Assembly: GCA_964035545.1 (NCBI GenBank)
Contig: OZ037765.1
Coordinates: 32,549,504 to 32,613,503, forward strand
Reading direction: 5' to 3'
From: Bugula neritina
Taxonomy: Eukaryota; Animalia; Bryozoa
Length of the DNA: 64,000 bases
Both the position numbers and the translations under genes were made by a program. How positions within the stretch are numbered: position 1 is the first letter of the stretch; each line of letters opens with the position of its first letter. The notes under the pieces were generated by a model. That model searched no databases and had not been told where the DNA came from. It saw nothing but the letters and a program-made list of their open reading frames with translations. Of this stretch, positions 45,901 to 57,327 are shown in pieces.

Positions 45901-48900
45901 CGAGAGGAAAAAGAAAAGGACCGAGAGGAGCATAGATTAGAGCGTGAGGCAGAAAAGATCAGGCAAGAAAATGAGAAAGCCCTAATGGAGATGAAGATAA
46001 AAGCTGATCAGGAGGCAATGGCACTCAAGATAAAAGCTGACCAGGAGGCAGAAGAGAGAAGACAACAACATGAATTAGATATGGAAAAGCTGAAAGCTAA
46101 CACAAGTTTGGAGCACTCAAGACATGAGAGCACCAGGTTAGAAATAGCTAATAAACCAAAACCGAAAATACCATTCTTTGATGAGAAGGTGGACGAAATG
46201 GATAGCTATTTAGAGCGGTTCGAGTGGGTTGCCGAAGGATGTAACTGGGACATGGGAGATTGGCCCTACCATCTCAGTCAGTACCTAAGGGGTACAGCAA
46301 CAGAAGCTTACATCCGGTTGTCACCTACCGATCGTAGAGATTATAAAAAAGTCAAAGAAGCCTTGTTGGAGCGCTTTAACTTGACTCAAGAGGGCTACAG
46401 AAAAAAGCTCAGAGAGGCAGAAGCTTACGAGGATGAAACTCCTGCCCAACTATTCACTAGGATAGAAAGTTATGTGCACAAGTGGGTGGAGCTTTCAGGG
46501 GGCATGGACATAGCCAAACTAGTGGCGACTGAACAATTTATATCATCATGCCCAGACGACCTAGCCGTGCATTTAAAGCAAAGTTCCTACAACAGTAGTG
46601 AGGATATGTGTGATGCAGCGTCACTGTTCTTGCACGCTCGTGGAAGGAAACTAGCAAAGACAAAGAAAACTAATACAAAAAGGATGGAAAACACACCTGC
46701 CGATAGCATGAATGCTGAACAAGGAAGTAAAAGCAATGGTGCATGCTTCATCTGCAAAGATAAGTCACACATTGCTCGTAATTGCCCACGACGAGGGAAG
46801 AAGTACTGTTCACATTGCAAGATGAACAACCACAATACTTCAGACTGCAGAAAGTATGGTGGAAGGTCAGTGCATGCTGCTGCTGCAATAGCGACTACTC
46901 AGAATAAGACTATGGTCACAGATCCAGGAATGTCATCTAAAGTGGAAGAACCTACGGAAATCACAGTTAACGGTAAAAAGTTTGTCAACGCTGCTGTCTG
47001 CAAGAATGGGCCTAAATTCAAAGATGGGGGCACAGCGATATTTGATGCGGAAGTTAATGGCCAACGAGCTACTGTAATGCGCGACACCGGCTGTGGTTGC
47101 ATTGTAGTCAATGCAAAGTATGTGCAACCTCAACACTTAACTGGAGAATCAGTTTATCTGAATATGGCTGATGCAAGTGTTAGGGAGGCTCAGTGGGCAC
47201 TTATCTCAGTACGCTCACCATTTTACAATGGTGTCATCAAAGCTGCAGTAATGGACAAGACGATTTGTGACCTGCTTATTGGGAATGTGGATGGAGCGAG
47301 ATCAGCTGACCAGCCGCTGGAAAACTGGAAGGACTGCGCCGTAACCACAAGAGCTCAAGCTGTCAAAGAGAAATCAGGAGACAAACCACTAATGATTGAC
47401 TCAAATGCTAACCCATTAAGTATAGGGAAAGATGAGATAGCCAGACTGCAGAGGGATGACCCCACATTGGAGCGCTTCTTCGATGTAAGAGAAGTGAAGG
47501 AGAAAAAGGGATGCACCACTAGGTTTGTGGTGAGGAATAAGATTCTGTACCGTGAGTACACCGACTCGAAGTCTGTCAATGTAAAACCTGTTAAACAACT
47601 CATGGTACCCAGTTCACTGAGGAAGGAAGTTCTACAGAAAGCTCATGACTGCATAATGAGCGGACACCTAGGAGTAAAGAAAACCACTGATAGAGTGCTT
47701 TCCAACTTCTTTTGGCCAGGACTAAACGGAGATGTCGTACGTTTCTGTCAGTCATGTGACATTTGCCAGAAGACGGTGAAAAAAGGCTCAGTCATGAAAG
47801 TTCCAGTACAGGAAACTCCACTAATTGACACCCCATTCAAGAGATGTGCAATAGACCTAATCGGACCAATTAACCCTCCAAGTGAGAAAGGACACCGCTA
47901 CATCCTAACTTTAGTTGACTATGCTACAAGATACCCTGAAGCTACACCATTGAAGAATATTGACTCAGCTACTGTAGCTGAAGCGCTGCTTGACATATAC
48001 AGTCGTGTTGGGATACCAGAGGAGGTGATAAGCGACCAAGGAACTCAATTCATCTCGGATTACATGAAAGAGTTTACCAGATTACTTGACATGCGACAAC
48101 TTCCTACCTCACCATACCATGCAATGGCCAATGGACTTGTGGAAAAGTTCAACGGAACCCTCAAGAGTATGTTAAAAAAGTTGTGTGCTAAAGAGCCAAG
48201 ACAGTGGCATCGGTTTATCAATGCGGCTCTATTTGCATATAGAGAAGTCCCACAGGAATCAACAGGCTTCGCCCCATTCGAGTTACTCTATGGAAGAACT
48301 GTGCGTGGACCAATGTACATCCTGCGACAACTTTGGACAAAAGAAGACACTGCCGATGAAGTCAAGACCTGCTATCAACATGTTTTTGAATTGAGAGAGC
48401 GTTTAGATGACATGATGGAAATGGCACTAGCTTCGCTAAAAGACAGTCAAAAAAGATACAAACACTATTTTGACAAGAAAGCTAAGCAGAGAGACTTCAA
48501 ACCTGGTGACAAAGTGCTCATTCTTCTACCTACAGATGGAAATAAATTGCTGATGCATTGGCAAGGACCATTCAATATTGAGGAGAAAGTCAGACTGAAT
48601 GACTACATTATCAACATTAGAGGCAAGAGGAGAACATACCATGCCAACATGCTGAAGAAATATTTTGAGCGGGAGACGCCTACCGACCCTATGACTGTTG
48701 GAGCTGTGATGACTTTAGATGCTGCTGGTACTGGAATTATTGATCATGATGAGGAAAGAGAAGAAGGCCAAGATGATTTGTTGGACCTGTACAGTAAGAA
48801 ACAGCAGACAGAAACAAGCAAAGATGTCATTCTGGGTGAAGAGCTGGAGAATCAGCAAAGAAGACAGCTGGAGGAGTTACTAAGAAAGTTTGAAGGTATC

Positions 48901-51900
48901 TTCAGTGACTTGCCAGGAAATGCAACGGGAATAGAACATTCTATCGAGCTCACGACTGATGAGCCAGTGAAATCCAAACCATATAGATTGCCCTACAGGA
49001 TAAGAGAAACTCTCAAGGCGGACATCGAGGACATGTTGAAGATGGGTGTTATTCGGCCATCTACCTCTCCCTACGCCTCACCAACGGTGATAGTAAAGAA
49101 GCCAGATGGAAGCAACAGGATTTGTATAGACTATCGCAAACTAAACCGAGTCTCAGTATTCGATCCTGAACCAATGGTGAAAACAGATGACGTTTTCAGA
49201 AAGCTCAGTAAAGATAAATACTTTACCAAACTTGATTTATCCAAGGGATACTGGCAAATACCAGTGAAGAAAGAAGATATTCCTAAAACTGCATTTGTGA
49301 CACCCGATGGACATTATGAATTCATCAAGATGCCATTTGGGATGGTTAACTCTGGAGCGACACTGGTGAGAGGGTTGAGAAAACTTTTTGAAAATCTGAA
49401 AGGAGTGGACAACTATATTGATGACATTCTAGTGCACACGGAAAGTTGGGAAGAACACATTAAAATGCTAACAGAAGTTTTCAGTCGACTTGCCACAGCT
49501 GGACTCACCGTTAGACCAAGTAAATGTAGAGTAGGAGGAACAAACATGGAGTTCATCGGACATAAACTTTACAGAGGTGAAATCAAACCAATGGATGACA
49601 ACATTGAGAAAATTAGGGCTGTGCCAAGGCCAACCAATAAGACGCAAGTGAGATCGTTCATTGGACTTACTAGTTACTACAGAGAATATATACCTCATTA
49701 TTCAACTATAGCGAGTCCACTAACAGATTTAACAAAGAAGGGAGAACCAAAGAAAGTCAAATGGCAGGAACCACAAGAGAAGGCGTACACCACCTTAAAA
49801 ACAATGCTGACAAGTGCACCAATTTTAAAATTGCCAGATGTACACAAACCGTTTGTGCTAAGGACGGATGCATCAGATGTTGGGCTAGGGGCAGTGCTGA
49901 TGCAGCCTCAGGATGGAAAACTGCACCCTGTGAGTTACGCAAGTAGGAAATTACTAGACCGAGAGAGAAACTACTCAGCCATAGAGAAAGAATGCTTAGC
50001 TGTGGTATGGGCGGTCAAGAAATATCTACAATATTTATATGGTGTGGAGTTCGTGCTGCAGACTGATCACCAACCGCTGGTGTACATCAATCAGGCCAAA
50101 TTTGAGAACAGCAGAGTGATGAGATGGGCTATGTATTTACAGAACTTCAGAATCAAGGTGGAGTCAATCAAAGGAAAGGACAATGTTGGAGCCGATTATC
50201 TAAGCCGAATTGACTCAGAATTTTAAGTAGTTAGGAGAAATGATCAAGATAATTTCTCTTAGAATGGGGGGTTGTCACAAATTCTGAGTGTACATATACC
50301 TATAAATAGACTTACCGGGTTTTTCCTAATGATTATACACGAATGTTCATAAATATTCTAGACTGATCAAAGAGATGGGTCATTGTTCATTGTTATTGTT
50401 TTCATTAGTCATGTTAACTACTGCCCAGCAATGTAAACAAGGTGTTGCGCAATAATTGCGAAATAACCATGGAAATTCCAATGTTTTGTTTTGTTTTGAT
50501 TTTCTATAAATAGTATTGGCATGTGGGGAATGTTTCCTACTAGAATCTTCTATACTGGAATGCTTGAGAATGTTCTAGAGTTTTTTGTTTACTATAAATA
50601 CTGAGGCAGTTGTGTTTACAAATCAGTTCATTCTTGGAGTTCATTTTTATTAATTCATCTGTGCATATCTTACTAAAGGAATAAAGTCTACTTATATCCA
50701 CAACTCTATTTACTCACAACTGGATTAGCAAGCTGTATGCTACTTGTCTCTACACTTCTGACTACCAGACTTTTCGAACTCGTCACACTGCTACCAACAG
50801 TTTTGTGACAACCAGCAAATTAAACGTCGTGACACAGCAAGTAAAAGCAAACTTTAAAATTCATTTATATCATTCAAACTGCATGTGGAGTTCTCTCACC
50901 GGACTAGGAATTAAGTCACTTTTGCATTTACACCTGAATGATTTTCACAATAATTTTTTTATTTCTTATCTTATAAGTAACTTTTATAAATTGAAATGAC
51001 AAAATACATGTTTAGCTTTAAAAATTAAAGCACCAAAATAGGAGGATATGACATCACTGCTCACTATATTTACCTGTGAGACCATGAGGACGGCCATCCT
51101 AGCCGGGATACCTCGTCTCTTTACCACTCTGTCAGATATAAACCCACCAAAGAAGGCGCCAACGGATCCGCCCACCAGAGGGATCCAGCTCATGTAAGAA
51201 CCGATTTGTTCAGAGGTCTGGTGCTGACTCTCGAAGAAGAGCTGAGTGTTGACGGCCCACGTGTAGCCCCCTGATAGGATATACTATACACTGTATCCAC
51301 CCCTGATAGGATATACTATACACTGTATCTCCCTGATAAGATATACTATACACTGTATCTCCCTGATAAGATACACTATATACTGTATCCCCTGATAGGA
51401 TATACTGTATCCCCTGATAGGATATACTATATACTGTACCCCCTGATAGGATATACTATACACTGTATCCCCTGATAAGATATACTATATACTGTATCCC
51501 CTGATAGGATATACTGTATCCCCTGATAGGATATACTATATACTGTACCCCCTGATAGGATATACTATATACTGTATCCCCTGATAAGATATACTATATA
51601 CTGTATCCCCTGATAGGATATACTGTATCCCCTGATAGGATATACTATACACTGTATCCCCTGATAAGATATACTATATACTGTATCCCCTGATAGGATA
51701 TACTGTATCCCCTGATAGGATATACTATATACTGTACCCCCTGATAGGATATACTATATACTGTATCCCCTGATAAGATATACTATATACTGTATCCCCT
51801 GATAGGATATACTGTATCCCCTGATAGGATATACTATACACTGTACCCCCTGATAGAATATACTATGCACTGTATTCCCTGATAGGATATACTATACAGT

Positions 51901-54900
51901 GTACCCCCTGATAGAATATACTATATACTGTACCCCCTGATAGGATATACTATACAGTGTACCCCCTGATAGGATATACTATACACTGTACCCCCTGAGA
52001 GGATATAATATACACTGTATCCCCTGATAGGATATAATGTACCCCCTGATAGGATATACTATATACTGTACCCCCTGATAGGATATACTATACACTGTAT
52101 TCCCTGATAGGATATACTATACAGTGTATCCCCTGATAGGATATAATATATACTGAAGCCCCCTATTGAGATAAAATATACACTGCAATATAATATCATA
52201 ACATTTAATATATCATAATATACACTTTAACAGGATATAATACAATATACTAAACACTGTGACAGTATATTATATTATATAACATAGGCTACTATAATAT
52301 GCACTGTATATCTTCCTAATGCAATGATAAACTCAAAATAGCTCAATCAAATTTAATTGGTAAATGAACTGCCATTTGCTGGAGTAAGAAAAACATACAT
52401 ATGCAGTTTTTCAAACTAAAATATTACAACAACCTATAGGAGCATACGATATATTTTATTCTAGGAGTCACAGACCTGCGTTTCTGATAGAACCAGCTAA
52501 GCAGAGCATGAGGAGGGGCGGGGATAGGAACGCAAAGAACAGCTCCTTCAACTTCTCAGACCACGAGCTATAACAGAGAATTGAGGCTATATATAAGAAA
52601 TAAATAATACAAGTTGAATACAATTGATGTACTTCTACAGTAGATAATGGTGAACTATACTGTGTCAATACTGACGAGTTGATAAATAAGTCACATGACT
52701 TGATGTGAGTTATCATCTCATGTCAAGTCGCTAAAATGTTTTCCACGTGTTGTTTCTATACCCTATACTATGTAATCTATACTTTATGAATAATACATGA
52801 CTCTAAAGAGCAAGCTGCCATTAGTCATCCCCATGAGTTGTCAACCCCTGTACCATACAAGCACACTGTGGAGAACACAACTCCACTGCTAGGAGTTTAG
52901 TCGATGGAATCACAACCCATACTCGGTGTATAACTGTGTGAAAAGGAGAGTATTTGGTACGCTGTGTCTACTTACGGTTGGGTTGGCTGGGGGTCCTCCT
53001 CAAGGAGGGGGCAGTCATCCTCATCACCTTCGTTGCTGACAGGGGTGGAGCTAGAAGGGGGTGATTCTTTAACAGTTATAAAGAGCAGAGCCGCCACTGG
53101 TAAAGCCATCATTGCAGATATATAGAAGACCCAGCGCCAGCCCTGTATTATAGCATATACAGATCATATAGGATACACATGTATGTATAGCAACTACAGC
53201 ACACAAATGTTAGTAGCAGAGACTTTGAAAAAATTCACTGCCCCAAACAGGGTTATAATTTAGTGTCATTAGGTACAAAGTTCTACACAACTCTTAACTT
53301 GAGATATTCACAAGTATTGGTGGGGCATTAGCAGCTCTCCCAACAACTAAAGTGATCAGTTTGCAAAGGCTATAACAGAAATACTCAAGTGTTGTTATAA
53401 AAGAAGGAGGAAAGTCAAAAGGTTTTTTTCAGTTTAAATTTGAACACAAAAATCTAACAGCCTACCAGAAAGTGCAAAGACTAGAACATTTATACTGCAA
53501 GTCATAATGTACATTAGATATAAAAATGATGATAATTTTACAATTAAATTAAGAAATGACAACTCCAAAACTGAAAAATATCCTGTCTCCAATTCCGAAG
53601 CAGCAGCCTACCTCGTCCATGATATTAGCGTCATAGAGGAAGTTGCCGAACGCGTAGGACATGCTGTAGCCGAAGTAAATGCCGAAGTTGTAGATACCCA
53701 TCGCACTTCCTCTCAACTCCGTGTCGAACATCTCAGCTATGATGACCGCAGCAAATGGCGTGCAGCCGGCCTCACTGTAATACGAGAAGTGAAGAAACTA
53801 GATGCAGTATTATGCAGGCAGTTATAGAACATCTAGAGATAGATGGCAACTGCTTTTGACAGGATAGAAATTAGCTACAATATGATTATACCAAAAGTGG
53901 AAAGGGCAAAACATTACTAATATTTATAAACCTAACGTATTTATAAAATATATTTACTGAATCAAATTTTTCTGATTGTTAATTTATATAAAACAACTCT
54001 TTCACCGTGTAAAAATTAAGATGTAAAGAAATTTCAACCAATGACCATGTAATAGAACACTTATAGCACATTACTCAGCTACCACATAATGCAGTAATGG
54101 CACACTTATAGCACACTACTCACCCTATTCCCAGCCCGAACCTGGTCAGAGCCAACTGCCAGTACGCATTGCAAGCACCACTGAGGGCTGTGAAGACAGA
54201 CCAGACCAGCAGGAAGAAGGCTAGGAGGTTCTTCTTCTTGAATATTGAAGTCAGATACCCTGTGAGTAATAACACATGATGAGTCATACTGAAGTCAGAT
54301 ACCCTGTGAGTAATAACACATGATGAGTCATACTGAAGTCAGATACCCTGTGAGTAATAACACATGATGAGTCATACTGAAGTGAGATACCCTGTGAGTA
54401 ATAACACATGATGAGTCATACTGAAGTCAGATATCCTGTGAGTAATAACACATGATGAGTCATACTGAAGTCAGATACCATGTGAGTAATAATACATGAT
54501 GAGTCATACTGAAGTCAGATACCCTGTGAGTAATAACACGTGATGAGTCATACTGAAGTCAGATACCCTGTGAGTAATAACACGTGATGAGTCATACTGA
54601 AGTCAGATACCCTGTGAGTAATAACACATGATGAGTCATACTGAAGTCAGATACCCTGTGAGTAATAACACATGATGAGTCATACTGAAGTCAGATACCC
54701 TGTGAGTAATAACACATGATGAGTCATACTGAAGTGAGATACCCTGTGAGTAATAACACATGATGAGTCATACTGAAGTCAGATACCCTGTGAGTAATAA
54801 CACATGATGAGTCATACTGAAGTCAGATACCATGTGAGTAATAATACATGATGAGTCATACTGAAGTCAGATACCCTGTGAGTAATAACACGTGATGAGT

Positions 54901-57327
54901 CATACTGAAGTCAGATACCCTGTGAGTAATAACACGTGATGAGTCATACTGAAGTCAGATACCCTGTGAGTAATAACACATGATGAGTCATATTGAAGTG
55001 AGATACCCTGTGAGTAATAACGCGTGATGAGTCATATTGAAGTCAGATACCATGTGAGTAATAACACATGATGAGTCATACTGAAGTCAGATACCCTGTG
55101 AGTAATAACACATGATGAGTCATACTGAAGTCAGATACCCTGTGAGTAATAACACATGATGAGTCATACTGAAGTCAGATACCCTGTGAGTAATAACACG
55201 TGATGAGTCATATTGAAGTGAGATACCCTGTGAGTAATAACACGTGATGAGTCATATTGAAGTCAGATACCATGTGAGTAATAACACATGATGAGTCATA
55301 CTGAAGTCAGATACCCTGTGAGTAATAACACATGATGAGTCATACTGAAGTCAGATACCCTGTGAGTAATAACACATGATGAGTCATACTGAAGTCAGAT
55401 ACCCTGTAAGTAATAACACATGATGAGTCATACTGAAGTCAGATACCCTGTGAGTAATAACACATGATGAGTCATACTGAAGTCAGATACCCTGTGAGTA
55501 ATAACACATGATGAGTCATACTGAAGTCAGATACCCTGTGAGTAATAACACGTGATGAGTCATATCGAGTAGAAAATTCACACAATTTCTATGAAACATG
55601 TTTCCTGCTGTGAACGATTTCTTCTTGACCAAATGTTCATAACTAATGACCCTTTTAAAGGTCATTAGTTGTGAAAGCAAGTTTTTCTAGCATCAGTGAA
55701 CCTAGTTAACAAATGCCTCTATTCGATGTACCCGACAGCTCTTTCTGAATGACTCATGACTCTGTGATGAATCATGACAGCAAACTTGTAGTAACAGCAA
55801 TATGAGGAAACTATTTCTTTATGTTAATCAGAAGGTAATATTTACGATAATCTATTTATCGATTTGAATAACCAACACAGCCTATAAATTTGGAGAGCAT
55901 CTAACTGTAGTATTGTGTGACCACACACATACACTGATAGCACACCTATGAATATGCCACAGTGAGTCTAGTATTGTGTGACCACACGTATACAGAGATA
56001 ACAAACCTATGAATATTCCACAGTGAGTTTAGTATTGTGTGACCACACGTATACAGAGATAACAAACCTATGAATATTCCACACAGAGTGTAGACGACTA
56101 TAAACACGGGTCCAGCTATGAGCTGATACTCAATACCCTGTCCTGTGTAGTCCCACTCGCACACACTCTCGTTGCCTCCAAAGTAGAAGCTTGATTCGCA
56201 CCTGCAACACAGAGCAATGTGCAATGGCTAGCAAGTAGAGCTGTCGTGCATATAATATACAGTAGTTGTGTATATAATGTACAGTGAAAGTGTTAACTGC
56301 AGTCAATCTACAGCAACATGAAACTGAGAGCTGCAGTTATACTATTATTGAAATGAATTTAAATTACATACAAACTCAAGGAATTGACCAATAGAACATC
56401 AGTTTGATATTCAGTGCAGAATTTACTGCAAATCAAGAAAGCATATGTAGTGAAGAAAACTGATGATGAAATGGGTAAAAGCCTTGTGTTTTAGATGAAA
56501 ACTTCCAAAAAGTGATGGTCTTGCAAAAATTTTAATTCCCGCTTCAAACCAAATTATTCAGGTAGATAAAAGAACTTTAGCTATTAAAATTTCTCCTTCA
56601 CTGCACTTAAATTCAAATAGAGTAAGATTGGAATAGTTCTTCTGCCATGAAAGGATTATAACTGATTCAATAAACTCTACCACTGTGTTGATACCAGCTT
56701 CTGTCTAAATTAATACTTAATGACATTTCTATATAAATAATTCTAGTAGCAATGTGATGAGCAATACAACTGGTCAGACAACTTCTTAAATGTTACACAA
56801 AGTTTCTTTATGGCAATAGATCAGTTAACAGAATGACGAAAGGGTTTAGAGAACTTACACAGGCTGAGTAGTGATATGAGAGCAGTATTTATCATCTGTT
56901 ACAGAGGCGTTGAAGTAACCATCCCTGTCTAGACACCCCATGTCTCCATAATGTATATCATGTGCTATGTGCTTAGACATCACGGGTAATAGATATCTAC
57001 AAGCACATGCTAGAATCTTACAACTTAGTATGTGCAAAATAGCACTGTCTTGCAGTATTTTATATATATGGTATATACTATATCAGTGTATATGTATAAC
57101 AGTGTATAGTACAACAGTATATAGTATAACAGTGTATAGTATAACAGTATATTACTATAATATGGTCTGAGAACGTAGCCAGCAGGTTTCAACACACAGC
57201 ACACTGTTTCAATACAAGCATATTGTATATACCTATCCAGTTGATTGAGTAGATATGCCAGTAGACAAAGTAGAAGCACATAACACTTGTATGGGGTGAG
57301 ACTGCGAAGGAAGTCTAGGAACGCCAT
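42928..57327 (-). CDS. Major facilitator superfamily transporter, Spinster-like (~507 aa, 11 coding exons)
   Basis: Exons 57327-57233, 56996-56859, 56201-56068, 54259-54124, 53774-53612, 53142-52976, 52567-52476, 51270-51074, 44871-44787, 43964-43785, 43064-42928; all GT-AG and in frame. Motifs LNQLDRY, RFGLGIGEAG, ELRGSAMGIY, GWRW, GGFISDR, ELVPEKLRG. Confidence 0.9.
45144..45681 (+). repeat. 5' LTR
   Basis: tgtcacaa...ttgtgaca; TATAAA and AATAAA inside; appears identical to the 3' LTR by eye. Confidence 0.96.
45684..45701 (+). promoter_or_regulatory. Primer-binding site, tRNA-Pro-like
   Basis: tgggggctgctccgggaa vs the canonical tRNA-Pro PBS TGGGGGCTCGTCCGGGAT. Confidence 0.8.
45778..50226 (+). 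CDS. Gag-Pol polyprotein (Gag with two CCHC knuckles - protease - integrase - RT - RNase H)
   Basis: 1482-aa ORF: CFICKDKSHIARNC, CSHCKMNNHNTSDC, DTG, H..GHLG..CDIC, DLIGP/SDQGTQF/E, LDLSKGYWQ, YIDD, TDAS, TDH. Confidence 0.97.
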   Translation: MALLERVTQMGKDLGLVNDKLVAFVEKNLPIVAAQEEKEKDREEKEKDREEHRLEREAEKIRQENEKALMEMKIKADQEAMALKIKADQEAEERRQQHELDMEKLKANTSLEHSRHESTRLEIANKPKPKIPFFDEKVDEMDSYLERFEWVAEGCNWDMGDWPYHLSQYLRGTATEAYIRLSPTDRRDYKKVKEALLERFNLTQEGYRKKLREAEAYEDETPAQLFTRIESYVHKWVELSGGMDIAKLVATEQFISSCPDDLAVHLKQSSYNSSEDMCDAASLFLHARGRKLAKTKKTNTKRMENTPADSMNAEQGSKSNGACFICKDKSHIARNCPRRGKKYCSHCKMNNHNTSDCRKYGGRSVHAAAAIATTQNKTMVTDPGMSSKVEEPTEITVNGKKFVNAAVCKNGPKFKDGGTAIFDAEVNGQRATVMRDTGCGCIVVNAKYVQPQHLTGESVYLNMADASVREAQWALISVRSPFYNGVIKAAVMDKTICDLLIGNVDGARSADQPLENWKDCAVTTRAQAVKEKSGDKPLMIDSNANPLSIGKDEIARLQRDDPTLERFFDVREVKEKKGCTTRFVVRNKILYREYTDSKSVNVKPVKQLMVPSSLRKEVLQKAHDCIMSGHLGVKKTTDRVLSNFFWPGLNGDVVRFCQSCDICQKTVKKGSVMKVPVQETPLIDTPFKRCAIDLIGPINPPSEKGHRYILTLVDYATRYPEATPLKNIDSATVAEALLDIYSRVGIPEEVISDQGTQFISDYMKEFTRLLDMRQLPTSPYHAMANGLVEKFNGTLKSMLKKLCAKEPRQWHRFINAALFAYREVPQESTGFAPFELLYGRTVRGPMYILRQLWTKEDTADEVKTCYQHVFELRERLDDMMEMALASLKDSQKRYKHYFDKKAKQRDFKPGDKVLILLPTDGNKLLMHWQGPFNIEEKVRLNDYIINIRGKRRTYHANMLKKYFERETPTDPMTVGAVMTLDAAGTGIIDHDEEREEGQDDLLDLYSKKQQTETSKDVILGEELENQQRRQLEELLRKFEGIFSDLPGNATGIEHSIELTTDEPVKSKPYRLPYRIRETLKADIEDMLKMGVIRPSTSPYASPTVIVKKPDGSNRICIDYRKLNRVSVFDPEPMVKTDDVFRKLSKDKYFTKLDLSKGYWQIPVKKEDIPKTAFVTPDGHYEFIKMPFGMVNSGATLVRGLRKLFENLKGVDNYIDDILVHTESWEEHIKMLTEVFSRLATAGLTVRPSKCRVGGTNMEFIGHKLYRGEIKPMDDNIEKIRAVPRPTNKTQVRSFIGLTSYYREYIPHYSTIASPLTDLTKKGEPKKVKWQEPQEKAYTTLKTMLTSAPILKLPDVHKPFVLRTDASDVGLGAVLMQPQDGKLHPVSYASRKLLDRERNYSAIEKECLAVVWAVKKYLQYLYGVEFVLQTDHQPLVYINQAKFENSRVMRWAMYLQNFRIKVESIKGKDNVGADYLSRIDSEF
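50261..50271 (+). promoter_or_regulatory. Polypurine tract
   Basis: agaatgggggg immediately before the 3' LTR. Confidence 0.75.
50273..50810 (+). repeat. 3' LTR
   Basis: 538-bp direct repeat of 45144-45681. Confidence 0.96.
51267..52165. repeat. ~29-bp minisatellite (with 22-bp variants) containing the MFS exon 8 acceptor
   Basis: Unit cccctgataggatatactatacactgtat; the array begins at the exon boundary 51270. Confidence 0.95.
54245..55565. repeat. 44-bp minisatellite (~30 copies) containing the MFS exon 4 acceptor
   Basis: Unit gagtcatactgaagtcagataccctgtgagtaataacacatgat; the array overlaps the exon start at 54259. Confidence 0.97.
55905..56083. repeat. 61-bp tandem repeat (~3 copies) containing the MFS exon 3 donor
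   Basis: tagtattgtgtgaccacac...acctatgaatat recurs with 61-bp period. Confidence 0.85.

Larger units (their letters stand above)
45144..50810 (+). mobile_element. Full-length Ty3/Gypsy LTR retrotransposon, Gmr1-like clade
   Basis: Two 538-bp LTRs (TG...CA), 5-bp TSD ACCAG (45139-45143, 50811-50815), PBS, PPT and a single intact ORF. Confidence 0.97.

Noticed and set aside
46587-49946. Short ORFs within the retrotransposon
   Set aside because: Antisense or alternate-frame shadows of gag-pol.
52850-52933. Extra MFS exon after ccttttcacacAG
   Set aside because: Would need a ~42-nt intron and has an in-frame stop; exon 6 joins 52567 in frame without it.
53507-53827. 106-aa plus-strand ORF
   Set aside because: Antisense shadow of MFS exon 53774-53612.
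54245-55565. CRISPR array
   Set aside because: Head-to-tail units with no unique spacers, eukaryotic context, no cas genes.
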